Below, piece by piece: positions 1 to 12,197 of a DNA stretch of 64,000 bases. How positions within the stretch are numbered: position 1 is the first letter of the stretch; each line of letters begins with the position of its first letter. Made by a program: the position numbers and the translations under genes. This DNA is from Mobula hypostoma. Its lineage: Eukaryota. The stretch lies in contig NC_086097.1 of NCBI RefSeq assembly GCF_963921235.1, forward strand, positions 248,994,001 through 249,058,000, in the 5' to 3' direction. The notes under the pieces were generated by a model that was given only the letters and a program-made list of their open reading frames with translations, made no database searches and was not told the DNA's origin.

Positions 1-421
1 TTCAACCTGAGTGTGGCTTCATCTTTACAGTTGAGGAGGCCGTGGATAGACATATCAGAATGGGAATGGGATGTGGAATTAAAATGTGTGGCCACTGGGA
101 GATTTTTCCCCCCTCCCTCCTTTTCCTTCTCCCTAGGCCTCCTGTCCCATGATCCTCTCATATCCCTTTTGCCAATCACCTGTCCAGCTCTTGGCTCCAT
201 CCCCCCGCCCTCCTGTTTTCTCCTATCATTTTGGATCTCCCCCTCTCCCTCCCACTTTCAAATCTCTTACTAGCTCTTCCTTCAGTTAGTCCTGACGAAG
301 GGTCTCGGCCCAAAACATTGACTGTATCTCTTCCTAGAGATGCTACCTGGCCTGCTGCGTTCACCAGCAACTGTGATGTGTGTTGCTTGAATTTCCAGCA
401 TCTGCAGAATTCCCCATGTTT
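1..421. mobile_element. Penelope-like element fragment: ORF C-terminal part on - (1-101) joined to pLTR/3' end on + (102-421)
   Basis: Minus strand reads LPVATHFNSTSHSHSDMSIHGLLNCKDEATLRL (PLE GIY-YIG C-terminal region); + part is near-identical to the reverse complement of 48522-48906 and has a hammerhead remnant at 288-323. Confidence 0.75.
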
Positions 422-523
422 GCAGTCTAACCAGGGTTAGTTTGATACTGAGTAGGTTAAAATTTGGGCTGAAGGGCCTGTAATGTGCTGTACTTTCTAC
501 GTTTATAGGCAAAGCTGGATAGG

Positions 524-1110
524 GTACTTAGTAAGGCCTCACTTGAAGCATTGTGGGGTTTTGGACCACTTATCTAAGAAAGGATGTGTTGACGTTGGAG
601 AGGGTTCAGAGGAGGTTTACAAGAATGATTCTGGGAATAAAAGAGTTACTATATGAGGACTGATTGAAGGCTCTGGGCCTGTACTCACTGGAATTCAGAA
701 GAATGGTGGGGGGACTCATTGAAACCTATCGAGTATTGAAACGTCTCGATAGAGTGGATATGGAGAGGGTGTTTCCAATGGTGAGGAAATCTAGGACCCG
801 AGAGTACAGCCTCAGAATAGAGGAACATCCATTTAGAACAGAGATGAGGAAAAATTTCTTTAGCCAGAGAATGAAGATGATGAGAAATTACTTTAGCCAG
901 ATTTCATTGCCGTAGGCTGCTGTGGGGGTCAGATTACTGGGCGTATTTAAGGCAGAGGTTGATAGATTCTTGATCACTCAGGGAATGAAGGGATACGGGG
1001 AGTGGGTAGAAGATTGGGGCTGAGTGGGAAATTGGATCAGCCATGATGAAATGGGGGAGCAGACTCGATGGGCCAAGTGGCCTAATTCTGCTCCTGTATT
1101 TTATGGTCTG
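524..1110 (+). mobile_element. CR1 LINE 3' fragment (decayed)
   Basis: LGLYSLEFRRM..LIETY..FRTEMRKNFFSQR ORF2 C-terminus plus cctaattctgctcct 3' UTR. Confidence 0.85.
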
Positions 1111-1649
1111 AAAATAAGCAAGAACTTACAACCCCATGATTCAGCCGGAAGGTGAAAGACGACATCCACCAGACAGGGTTACCAGATATAATGACAGAGT
1201 TAAATATACTGCAAATGTTTTAAAAAGTTGGATTTAGATTTGAAAAAGTCTTTTTTAAATGATGTGTGAGTAGAAGCAATTGAAAAGCACTTTCTAAGAA
1301 AAGTCATGGCCAGGATCATTTAGAAGTCTCCTTTATTCTCCATCTCACGATATTTCCAAGAAGATGACTAAAGCTGAAATTAAATTGTATTGACAAGTAC
1401 AATTTGTCCTCCACTGTACACTTATTTTTGATGTCAGTGCGGTCCATTTTTAGAGCAAGGCCAAGTTTTTATTGTTGGGAGCTGTCTCACTTGCAAAGCA
1501 GTCTACATTACTGACTTGACGAGATGACATTCAGAGACTGTGGGTTGTCCTGTTGGATCTCATTCAGCCACAGTTATCATGGGCTCCAAAATGCCTCCAT
1601 GTACCTCCGTGATTGGAGCCATGAAATGTCAGAAAGGCTTACACAGTTT

Positions 1650-2362
1650 TGGAGAATGGGAAATGAACTGGTAAATTTAACACAGTGTCGGTAAGTGTAT
1701 GGTCATGCACTTTGGTAGAAGAAATAAAAGCATCAACTATTTTCTAAATGGAGATAAAATACAAAATTCTGAGGTGCAAAGGGACTTTGGAGCCGAGACT
1801 TTATAAAGCACTGGTGAGGCCTCACTTGGAGCAGTTTTTGGCCCCTTATCTAAGAAAGGATGTGTTGACATTGAGAGGGTTCAAGGAGGTTCACAAAAAT
1901 GATTCCAGAATTGAAAGGCTTGTCATATGAGGAGCGTTTGATGGCTCTGACCCTCTACTCACTAGAATTCAGAAGTATGAGGGTGACCTCATTGAAACCC
2001 ATTGAATGTTGAAGCACGTTGACAGAGTGGATGTGGAGAGGGTGTTTCTTATGATGGAAGAGGCTAAGACCAGAGGACGTAGCCTCAGGATACAGGGGTG
2101 CCCTTTTAAAATGAAAATGAGGAGGAATTTATTTTGCCAGTAAGTGATGAGTCTGTGAAATTCATTGCCAAAGGTGGCTGTGGAGGCCAAGTCATTGGAT
2201 GTATTTAAGGCGGAGTTTGATAGATCAGGGCATGAAAGGATGTGGGGAGAAGACAGGAGATTGGGGCTGAGAGGGAAAGTGGATCAGCCATGATGAAATA
2301 GCAGAGCAGGCTTGATGGGCCAAATGGCCTAATTCTGCTCCTATATCTATGGTGGTATGGTC
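1650..2362 (+). mobile_element. CR1 LINE 3' fragment (decayed)
   Basis: LYKALVRPHLE motif and the same 3' UTR. Confidence 0.85.
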
Positions 2363-2401
2363 AAAGCCAATTGAAACAAAATCAAATAAATTTACTTACC
2401 A

Positions 2402-2863
2402 GGTGTAATCCTGGTCATATTACGATCAAGGAACGCGTTTGAGCCTGGATATTGAACTTTTTGCTGTTGGACTCTGGCCATGTTATTTGCCAAGGGAAAT
2501 CTCACATGCAACTGTGGTTGTTGTGTACATCCCTCCCTCTGCCAACCCGATGTCGGCGTGTAACATCATTTATACCATTGGGCACAGGAGTACATTCAGC
2601 CAGAGACTCATACAGCTCTGAGCGTCATGGGAAGTCATTCCTGCCTGTGGCCATCAAACTTTGCAGCTCCTCCCTTGGAGGGTCGGACACCCTGGGCCAG
2701 TGGGCTGGTCCTGGACTTAGTTCCGTCTGGCATGGTTTACCTATTATTATTTGATTGTTTGTGGTTTTGTATTGCTATGTTTGTACTCTGTTCTTGGTTG
2801 GTGCAGCTGTAACGAAACCTAATTTCCCTCGGGATCAATAAAGTACGACTTTCTATCTATCTA
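2402..2863 (+). mobile_element. Rex1/Babar-type LINE, endonuclease segment fused to 3' end
   Basis: DIELFAVGL.P.YLPREISHA.VVVVYIPPSAN followed directly by SFLPVAIKL C-terminus, AATAAA and (CTAT)n tail; same family as 61714-62257. Confidence 0.7.
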
Positions 2864-2899
2864 TTATCTAAGTACATATACAGAACTGTGTACACAGTC

Positions 2900-3280
2900 A
2901 TATACAGACGTATGCAGTCTTAGGCACCCTAGATTTTTTATATGGTTTCAGATGGGATGGCCTCTGCAGAAGCCTGAACTCATCATCATCGAGGCTGTCT
3001 GGGGTTAACTGGAGAGACAGAAGCAAGCCAGGCAGCCAAAGTCTGCAGAAGAACTGTGGCAAGTTCTCCAAGATGCTTGGGACAACCTACCAGCTGATTT
3101 TCTTATAAAACTGCACAACAGTGTGTACCTAAGAGAGATGATGGAGTTTTAAAGGCAAAGGATAGTCAATCTAAATAATGATTTGATTTAGTTTTGTGCC
3201 GATACTGCTCTTTGTAGTAATTTTTTGATGTTTATTATTTATGAAAGCATCTTCGCTTCAGACTTTTGCACAGTATTGTA
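2900..3280 (+). mobile_element. Tc1/mariner remnant (transposase C-terminus plus right TIR)
   Basis: Frame IIEAVW..LERQKQARQPKSAEELWQVLQDAWDNLP; ends gacttttgcacagtattgta. Confidence 0.7.
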
Positions 3281-3319
3281 TGTCACCATATACTCCCTTG
3301 AGATTTTTATTTATTTCTT

Positions 3320-3555
3320 TAGCGATGCAGTGCAGAGAAGGCCATCCCATCAACCACAACCCTGATTAAGCCTAACCTAATCAAAGGACAAGTTACAATG
3401 ATCAATTAACCTATTAGTACGCCTTTGGACTGTGGGAGGACACCGGGACACCCAGAGGAAACCCACACATTCCACAGGAATGATGTCCAGAGGCTCCTTA
3501 CAAAACGGCACCAGAACTGAACTCCGAGCTCGCTGCGCTGTAATAGCATCGCGCT
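3320..3555 (-). mobile_element. tRNA-derived V-SINE (HE1-like)
   Basis: Reverse complement of V-domain GGTTTCCTCTGGGTGTCCCGGT..CCTCCCACAGTCCAAAG. Confidence 0.7.
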
Positions 3556-3559
3556 TCCA

Positions 3560-4470
3560 GGCATTTGTAGAGGAAGAAAAAGAAAACGATAGAAATTATG
3601 AAAAACTATACATAAAAACAAAACCTGACGAACAGCCAATGTGTAAAAGACAAATTGAGAAAACAGAAAAATATATGCTGAAAATATGATTTACAGAGTC
3701 CTTGAAAGTGAACCTGTGGGTTGTGGAATCAATTCAGTTTTGAGGTGAGTGAATTTATTCACGCTGGTTCAGGAGTCTGACGGCTGAGGGGGAGAAATGG
3801 TTGCTGAATGTGGTAGTGTGGGACCTAAGGCTTCTGTATCTCCCGCCCAATGGTAGTAGTGAGAAGAGAGCATGGCCTGGATGGTGCAGGTCCTTAATGA
3901 TGGAAGCTGCTTTCTTCAGGTCAATGTGCTGAACGGTGGGAAGGGCTTTGCCCTTGATTGGCTGGGCTGTATCCATTACTTTCTGTAGCCTTTTCCATTC
4001 CTGGGCATTGGTGTTTCCCTACCAGGCCGTGATTCAACCAGGATACTCTCCACTATGCACTTGTAGAAATTCATCAGAATTTTAGGTAACATGCCAAACT
4101 TAAGCAAAGTTTTCAAAAAAATAGAGGTGTTGTCATGCCTTTTTTGTAATGTCGTTTACGTGCTTGACCCAGGACAGATCCCCTGAAATGATAACACCAA
4201 GGAATTTAAAGTTACTGACCCTCTCTACCTCTGATTCACTATTGAAGACTGGCTCATGGGCCAGCAGTTTCCTCCTCCTGTAGTCAATAACCAGTTCTTT
4301 GGTTTTAGTGACGATGAGTGAGAAGTTATTGTTGTTGCACCACTCAGTCAGATTTTTAACCTTCTTTGTACATGGCAACACTAGTGTCATCAGCAAACTT
4401 AAATATGCACTGGGACTGTACTTAGCCACGTAATCGTGGGTATAAAGTGAGCAGAGCAAGGGACTGTAGG
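3560..4470 (-). mobile_element. Rex1/Babar LINE 3' fragment
   Basis: ORFs 4133..4507 (KTKELVIDYRR, VERVSNFKFLGV) and 3755..3976 (KAASIIKD.HHPGHALFSLLP.G.RYRS). Confidence 0.8.
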
Positions 4471-5540
4471 GGAATGAGATGTCATAGACTGCTCCACAGA
4501 GGTCCAAAATGAACTTGAAGGGGCAAATAGCCTTGTTCTTTGCTGAAATTATTCTATAATTCTATAGTGGGGTGGGGCTTTTTTCTTTGGAGTGAAGGAG
4601 AATGAGTGGTGACTTGATAGAGGTGTAACAGATGAATAGAGGCATACGTCGAGTGGTTAGTCAGAGACGTTTCTCTCAGGGTGGAAATGGCTAAGACCAG
4701 GAAGCCATAATTTTAAAACTAATTGAAGGAAAATATAGGGGAGAATATCAGAGCCAAGAGTGGTGGATATGTGGAATGTGCTGCCTGGGGTAGAGGTAGA
4801 GATTCATTAGAGGCTTTAAAGAAACTCATAGATAGGCACATGGAAGATAGAAAAATGGAGGGCTATGTGGGAGGGAAGAATTAGATTACTCTCAAGAGTA
4901 GGTTAAAAGGTTGGCACAACTTCATGAGCTGCAGGGCCTGAACGTGCCGTAGTGTTCTATGTTCTGTGTTCCCACTGCTGCCATCAGAAAGAAGATACAG
5001 GAGCTTCAGGACCCACACCACCAGGCTCAGGAACAGTTATGACCCCTCAACCATCAGACTCCTGAACCAGAGGGGATAACTTCACTCAGCCTCACTTGCC
5101 CCATCACCGAACTGTTCCCACAACCTCTGGAACTCACTTTCAAGGACTCTTCATCTTGTGTTCTCAATATCTATTGCTTATTTATTATTATTATTTCTTT
5201 CTTTTTGCATTTGCACAGTTTATTGTCTTCTACACATTGGTTGCTTGCCATGTTGGTGTGGTCTTTCAATTATTCCATTATGGTTATTATTTTTTGGATT
5301 TATTGAGTATGCCTGCAAGAAAGTGAATCTCAGGGGTTTTATATGATGACATATAAGTACTGTGATAATAAATTTACTTTGAACTTTAATTATTTGATCT
5401 CAAGGGTCTCCAAAGGATTAGGATTGTCGGGAATCAAGTGTGGTCCTTGTTTAAGTATGGCCTCATGACTTTTTTGTAAGATGAGATAAATAGTCTTGCC
5501 TTTTCTTTAAAAACAGTTTTTTTTTTCATTTTCATTTCAG

Positions 5541-5603
5541 GGTAAACAAGGGTTGCAGGGATTTAAAGGAACTAAAGGTGATCCAGGCCTCAAGGGAGAG
5601 AAG
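5541..5603 (+). CDS. COL15A1: Multiplexin collagen exon, 63 nt, GKQGLQGFKGTKGDPGLKGEK
   Basis: Acceptor ttttcatttcag, donor AAG|gtatgt, perfect Gly-X-Y. Confidence 0.93.
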
Positions 5604-5748
5604 GTATGTGATACAATTCTGTGTGAGACCAAGTTACTCAGACTTTGCAAGCAGCCCATCTGTCCATTTGACTTTTAATTTTTTAATGGTTTAAACAAAA
5701 TAGAAAAGACAGGTGTGATTTAATTAGATATTGTATATCATTAAAATA

Positions 5749-7302
5749 CACAGGACAACTTTTCGACATATCTTATAGATTTTGGACTGCTGATCATGAA
5801 AATCACTATGAAATTTCCCTATCATGCACTGTTTTTTTTAATTGTCTGTATTTGTTATTTCAATTCATAATTCAAGACAGAATAACTGATGCCAAGATGA
5901 AGAAACACATTTTTGTGGTCCACAAATCAAACAGGTCGTCAATGACAGGCAATTCGAAGAGCTTCTAGTGGGACCGGAGAAAATTGCAGGGAAAGCATTG
6001 AAGAACGTTGTTGAAAATTTTCTTGACCACTACAGAGCACAAAACTACATGCAGCTGTTTAATAACATGCTTCAAACAGACAAAACCATTAAGTGCAACA
6101 TTGTCATAAAAGATTCATTTTCTGCATTCCCACTTAGAATGCAAATCTCGGCACTGTCATCAATGATCATGGTGAGGGATTTCACCAGGACTTTGCGGTC
6201 ATAGAGAAATAATGGTGTCTATCAATGCCGACTGATTATTATTGGACACTTAAGCGAGAAGCCTCAGACACTGAGTACAAGTGATGAAAAAATAATCAAC
6301 AAAATGTTTTTAGCTTGAATTGAATTGAATTGACTTTATTTCTTACATCCTTCATTTACATGAGGAGTAAACATCTTTATGTTACATCTCAGTCTAAATG
6401 TGCAATGTGCAATTTATAGTAATTTATAATAAATATTATGTACAACAAGATAGTCAAAGTAACATAGAAATACAGTTGTGTCAGCATGAATTAATCGATC
6501 TGATGGCCTGGTGGAAGAAGCTGTCCCGGACCCTGTTGGTCCTGGCTTTTAAGCTGCGGTACCGTTTCCTGGATAGTAGCAGCTGAAACAGTTTGTGGTC
6601 GGGGTGACTCAGATCCCCAATGATCCTTCAGGCCCTTTTTACATACCTATCTCTTCTACAGATGTGCTGGGCTGTCCGCACCACTCTCTGCAGAGTCCTG
6701 CGATTGAGGGAAGTACAGTTCCCATACCAGGCAGTGATGCAGCCAGTCAGGATGCTCTCAATTGTGCCCCTGTAGAAAATTCTTAGGATTTGGGGGCCCA
6801 TACCAAGCTTCTTCAAATCGTCTGAGGTGAAAGAAGCACTGTTGTGCCTTTTTCACCACACAGCTGGTGTGTACAGACCATGTGAGGTTCTCGCTGAAGT
6901 GGAGGAACTTAAAGCTGTTTACCCTCTGAACCCCAGATCCATTGATGTCAATAGGGGTTAGCCCGTCTCCATTCCTCCTGTGGTCCACAAGCAGCTCCTT
7001 TGTTTTTGTGACATTGAGGGAGAGGTTGTTTTCTTGACACCACTGTGTCAGGGTGATGACTTCTCTGTAGGCTGCCTCATTATTATTATGAGGCAGCCTA
7101 CAGTTGAATTATTGAACAGCAATCAGCATCATTGTGCAATTAAATTCATTATATTCAATAATAGGTTAATTTCTTGTTTCTTCAAATTCCTACGTGATAC
7201 AAGTAGTCTGAAATTATATTTGTATTCAGTTTCAAATGGTCTCTGGCAAACAAAGAAAAAACCTGAGGAAGCAACACTTCCAAAAAAATTTGTTGTCCAG
7301 TG
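5749..7302 (+). mobile_element. Chapaev3-type (CMC) DNA transposon, internally deleted, interrupted by a Rex1 LINE
   Basis: TIRs CACAGGACAAC / GTTGTCCAGTG (10 of 11 match), 3-bp TSD ATA on both sides, transposase remnants KIHFLHSHL, DHGEGFHQD, DYYWTLKRE at about 5880-6285. Confidence 0.75.
6316..7100 (-). mobile_element. Rex1/Babar LINE 3' fragment nested in the Chapaev element
   Basis: ORFs 6628..6816 (FYRGTIESILTGCITAWYGNC) and 6758..6988; (ATTCA)n tail at 6316. Confidence 0.8.
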
Positions 7303-7761
7303 ATATTTGCCAAGAGAAGTCATGGTCATGGAAAGACCATGATAGACTACATCATCTGACACAGCACATAACTAACAAACAATATCATAGAATGCAATTA
7401 GAAATGCAAAATCCACAGTATGAATCAACATACAACAAAGTTACACAGGCAAAATGCTGAAGGAACTCAGCAGGTCAGGCAGCATCCAGGGAGAGGAATA
7501 AACAGTTGACATTTCGAGCTGAGGCCTATCAAAGCTATTTCCATAGACGCTGCCTGACCAGCTGGCTTATTCCATCATTGTGTGTGTGTCACACAGATTC
7601 CGCTCTGACCTGACTTCTGTTGCTCACCTCAGGATCTGCTGACCACTTAGGCAGCAGGTTCACAGATAAAATGGTCATTGCCATCCTGAGCAACACCAAG
7701 CTTCAGTGGCAGTCAATACATCTCTGCCCATAAATGCTTCTACGTCACCTGATTATGTAAA

Positions 7762-8873
7762 CATAGAACATGGAATAGTACAGCACAGTACAGGCCCTTC
7801 GGCCCACAATGTTGTAGCGACCCTCAAACCCTGCCTCCCACCTTAAATTCCTCCATATACCTGTCTAGTAGTCTCTTAAACTTCACTAGTGTATCTGCCT
7901 CCACCACTGACTCAGGCAGTGCATTCCACGCACCAACCACTCTCTGAGTAAAAAACCTTCCTCTAATATCCCCCTTGAACTTCCCACATCTTACCTTAAA
8001 GCCATGTCCTCTTGTATTGAGCAGTGGTGCCCTGGGGAAGAGGCGCTGGCTATCCACTCTATCTATTCTTCTTATTATTTTGTACACCTCTATCATGTCT
8101 CCTCTCATCCTCCTTCTCTCCAAAGAGTAAAGCCCTAGCTCCCTTAATCTCTGATCATAATGCATACTCTCTAAACCAGGCAGCATCCTGGTAAATCTCC
8201 TCTGTACCCTTTCCAATGCTTCCACATCCTTCCTATAGTGAGGTGATCAGAACTGGACACAGTACTCCAAGTGTGGCCTAACCAGCGTTTTATAGAGCTG
8301 CATCATTACATTGCGACTCTTAAACTCTATCCCTCGACTTATGAAAGCTAACACAAGCTTTCTTAACTACCCTATCTAGCTGTGAGGCAACTTTTAGGGA
8401 TCTGTGGACATGTACCCCCAGATCCCTCTGCTCCTCCACACTACCAAGTATCCTGCCATTTACTTTGTACTCTGCCTTTGAGTTTGTCCTTCCAAAGTGT
8501 ACCACCTCACACTTCTCCGGGTTGAACTCTATCTGCCACTTCTCAGCCCATTTCTGCATCCTATCAATGTCTCTCTGCAATCTTCGACAATCCTCTACAC
8601 TATCTACATCACCACCAACCTTTGTGTCGTCTGCAAACTTGCCAAACCACCCTTCTACCCCCACATCCAGGTCGTTAATAAAAATCACGAAAAGTAGAGG
8701 TCCCAGAACAGATCCTTGTGGGACACCACTAGTCACAATCCTCCAATTTGAATGTACTCCCTCCACCACCATCCTCTGCCTTCTGCAGGCAAGCCAATTC
8801 TGAATCCACCTGGCCAAACTTCCCTGGATCCCATGCCTTCTGACTTTCTGAATAAGCCTACCGTGTGGAACTT
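7762..8873 (-). mobile_element. Young 5'-truncated CR1 (subfamily C), RT plus 3' end
   Basis: ORFs 8320..8889 (SGVPQGSVLGP, FADDTK) and 7824..8225; (CTATGTT)n tail; 6-bp TSD TGTAAA at 7756-7761 and 8874-8879. Confidence 0.92.
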
Positions 8874-9269
8874 TGTAAAGCTCAGGCACAACTAGGAAGG
8901 CACGTTAGTGTAGTGATCAGCATAATGACCCGTGTTCAGTTCTGCTGCTATCTGTAAGGGTGTTCGCCCATGAACATAAGGGTGGTGAATCTGTGGAATT
9001 CGTGGCACAGGCAGCTGCGAAGGCCTAGTCATTGGGTATATTTAAAGCAGAGGTTGATAGGTTCCTGATTAGGGTGACAAAGGTTATGGGCAGAAGGCAG
9101 AAATGGGGTTGAAAGGGATAATAAATCAACTATGATGTTCCAAAGGGCCTAATTCTGTTCCTGTGCTCTATGATCTTATGCTCTTATGGTTTTCTTCAGG
9201 TGCTCCAGTTTCCTCCCACATTCCAAAGATGTACAGTTAGTACATGTGCAGAAACTGAGGAAAACACAC

Positions 9270-9875
9270 CATAAGACATAGAAATTAGGCCATTCAGCCC
9301 ATCGAATCTGCTCTGCCATTCTATCATGTCTGATTTATTATTCCTTTCAACTCCATTCTCCTGCCTTCTTCCCCTAACCTTTGATGCCCTGACTCATCAG
9401 TAACCTATTAACCTCCGCCTTAAATTACTCAATGACTTGGTCTCCACAGTCATTTGTGGAAACAAAGTCCGCAGACTTGCCAACCTCCGGCTAAAGAAAG
9501 TCCTCCTCATCTCTGTCCTAAAGGAGCACCCTTCTGTTCTGAGGCCATACCCTCTGGTCCCAGAATCACACACTACAGTAAACATCCTCTAAGTGTCTAC
9601 TCTTTCTTACCCTTGCAATATTCGATAGGTTTCAATGAGATCCCCTGTCATTCTTCTAAACTCCAGCGTGTACAGGCCCAGAGCCATCAAACACTCTTTA
9701 TACATTAATCCTTTCATTCCTGGGTTCATTCTCGTGAATCTCCCTGGAACCCCTCCAATGCCAACACATTCTTTCTTAGAGAAGGGGCTCAAAACTGCTC
9801 ACAGTATGGAGTCGGACCAATGCCTTATAAAGCCTCAGCATCACATCCTTGCTCTTACATTCTAGTCGTCTCGAG
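9270..9875 (-). mobile_element. CR1 LINE 3' fragment
   Basis: ORFs 9607..9792 and 9397..9585. Confidence 0.8.
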
Positions 9876-10499
9876 TCGTCACCAATGGGAGAACAATGTA
9901 CTTTAACCCTGCAGTTGCATTCAGAGAGGCTGATGGCTGATCGTGGTGAAGCAGGGAACGTGTTACGTGTGCACCAGTAATCACAGCAATGATTCTAGCT
10001 GGAAATTTGCTGGGTAGACATTACCCACCCAGAAAGCTGCCTTTTCCAAAATCTCCCTTCTGGAAAAGTCAATCGGACTATTAAAACAAACACTTCACAC
10101 CATCTTAAAAATTTCTTCCCCAGGCAATTAATCTGATCAACCATTCCAGTTAACCACCCCAACCCCTCTGTCTATTACCACAGTCACCACACTGACTGTA
10201 AACACCTTAAACTACTTTTTATTACACTGTTTACATGGTAAATACATGCTACTATTTATGTATTTATTCTCATACTGTATAATTGTTGAATGTTGTTGGT
10301 TTTTTGGTGCGTGTTGTGCCCTGACCAACGCACACAGCAAATTCACAATTTGTGTGAATGTATATGGCAAAGAAAGTTGATTTTTTTTCCCCGTGATTTG
10401 CCGCGAGTGAACTAAAGGCTGGATTGCCCTGCGGCTTTGCTTTCCGAAATGTCGTTGTGAGTTGCGTGGCGACTGACCACTGTCTTCCACTCTCTTCAG

Positions 10500-10580
10500 G
10501 GCAACCCAGGGTTCGCTGGTTCACCAGGACCTCCTGGCCTGCCGGGACCACCTGGACCACCTGGCCCACCGCCAAGGCTC
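10500..10580 (+). CDS. COL15A1: Multiplexin collagen exon, 81 nt, GNPGFAGSPGPPGLPGPPGPPGPPPRL
   Basis: Acceptor tctcttcag, donor CTC|gtgagt, Gly-X-Y. Confidence 0.93.
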
Positions 10581-10819
10581 GTGAGTAAAGTTCAGCACAC
10601 ACTGAAAGAACTGTCTGTAACCAAGCCGATCACCATAGCTTGCTTTAGCTTAGTAGGCTTCCACTTGTTATTGGTGATGCACCTGGAAGTCACGCCATGT
10701 ACCACTGCTTGCGGAATGACCTGTGTGCTCAGTCCACATCTCATTGTCCACACTGGGACACTGAGAGTGAGGGGTTTTTAGCAGTGAGGTTCAGAATGAC
10801 AGGGGTTCTGCTGGTAACA

Positions 10820-11785
10820 CCATAATCAATGATTTAGATAACGGAATTGATGGCTTGGTAGCAAAGTTTCCAGATGATACGAAGACAGGTGGAGGGGTAG
10901 GTAGTGCTAAGGAAGCAATGCGATTTGAGCAGGACTTAGACGAATTGGAAGAATAGGTAAAAAAGTAGCAGATGGAATACAGTGTTGGGAAATGTATGAT
11001 AATGCATTTTGGTAACAGGAACAAAAGCACAGACTATTATATAAATGGGGAGAAGGTTCAAACATCAGAGGTGCAGAGGGACTTAGGAGTCCTCGTGCAA
11101 GACTCCCGGAAGGTTAATTTACAGGTTGAGTCTGTGATAAAGAAGGCAAATGTAATTTGGCATTCATTTCAAGGGGAATAGAATATAAAAGCAAGGAGAT
11201 AATGCTGAGATGTTACAAGACACAAGTCAGGTTGCACTTGGAGAATTGTCAACAGTTTTGGGCCCCATATCTCAGAAAAGACATGTTGTCATTGGAGAGA
11301 GTCCAGAGGAGGTTCACGAGGATGATTCCGGGAATGAAGGGGTTAACATATGAGGGGTGTCTGGCAGCTTTGGGCCTGTACTCACTGGAATTTAGAAGAA
11401 CGTATGGGGATCTCATTGGAACCTACCGAATGTTGGAAGGACTAGGTCAGGTGGATGTGGAGAGGATGTTTCCTGTAGTGGGGGCGCTCTGAACTAGAGG
11501 GCACTGCCTCAACATTGAGGGATGACCACTTGGAACAGAGGCAAGGAGCCAGAGAGTAGTGAATCTGTAGAATTCTCTGCCACAGGCAGCTGTGGAGGTC
11601 AAGACCGAGTGTATATTTAAAGTGAACATTGATAGTTTCTTGATCGGTCAGGACATCAAAGGATATGGTGAGAAGGCAGGTGTATGGGGTTGAGTGGAAT
11701 CTGGGATCAGCGATGATGGAATAATGGAGTAGTCTGGATGGGCTGAATGGCCTAATTCTGCTCCTATGTCTTATGGTCTTATGGT
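10820..11785 (+). mobile_element. CR1 LINE RT/3' fragment
   Basis: ORFs 10972..11181 and 11157..11492; (CTTATGGT)n tail. Confidence 0.85.
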
Positions 11786-12009
11786 CATAAACACAGGGGC
11801 AGGATCAGGCCATTTGGCCCATCGAATCTGTTCCATCATTCCATTATGGCCGATTTATTTTTCCTCTCAAATACATTCTCTTGCCTTCTCCCTGTAGCCA
11901 CGTGTACTGGCGTGTCAAACACATCAATTAAATTTTGATAGCTGTGGAAAGATTATTCTAGCCCTAAAGTGCATGATTAGGCTTTTAATTTTTCTCTGTC
12001 CTTCCCCAG

Positions 12010-12075
12010 ACGAAGCTCATCGATGCTGATGGTTCTGGACTAGATGACAGTGACCTCGCCAGGGAGACGATTCAG
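12010..12075 (+). CDS. COL15A1: Multiplexin collagen exon, 66 nt, non-collagenous interruption TKLIDADGSGLDDSDLARETIQ
   Basis: Acceptor ttttctctgtccttccccag, donor CAG|gttggt; acidic Ser-Gly GAG-attachment motif like TFIDMEGSG of collagen XVIII; keeps frame. Confidence 0.85.
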
Positions 12076-12137
12076 GTTGGTATTCCACTTGAGAGTACAG
12101 GGTCTGGAGGACACAGCTAGGAACGAGCTGGTGTTAT

Positions 12138-12153
12138 TTCTCTCTCTCTCTCA

Positions 12154-12188
<35 letters not shown>

Positions 12189-12197
12189 CACACATAC
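12138..12197. repeat. Compound microsatellite (CT)n(AT)n(AC)n
   Basis: Read directly; about 60 nt downstream of the 12010-12075 exon donor. Confidence 0.9.
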
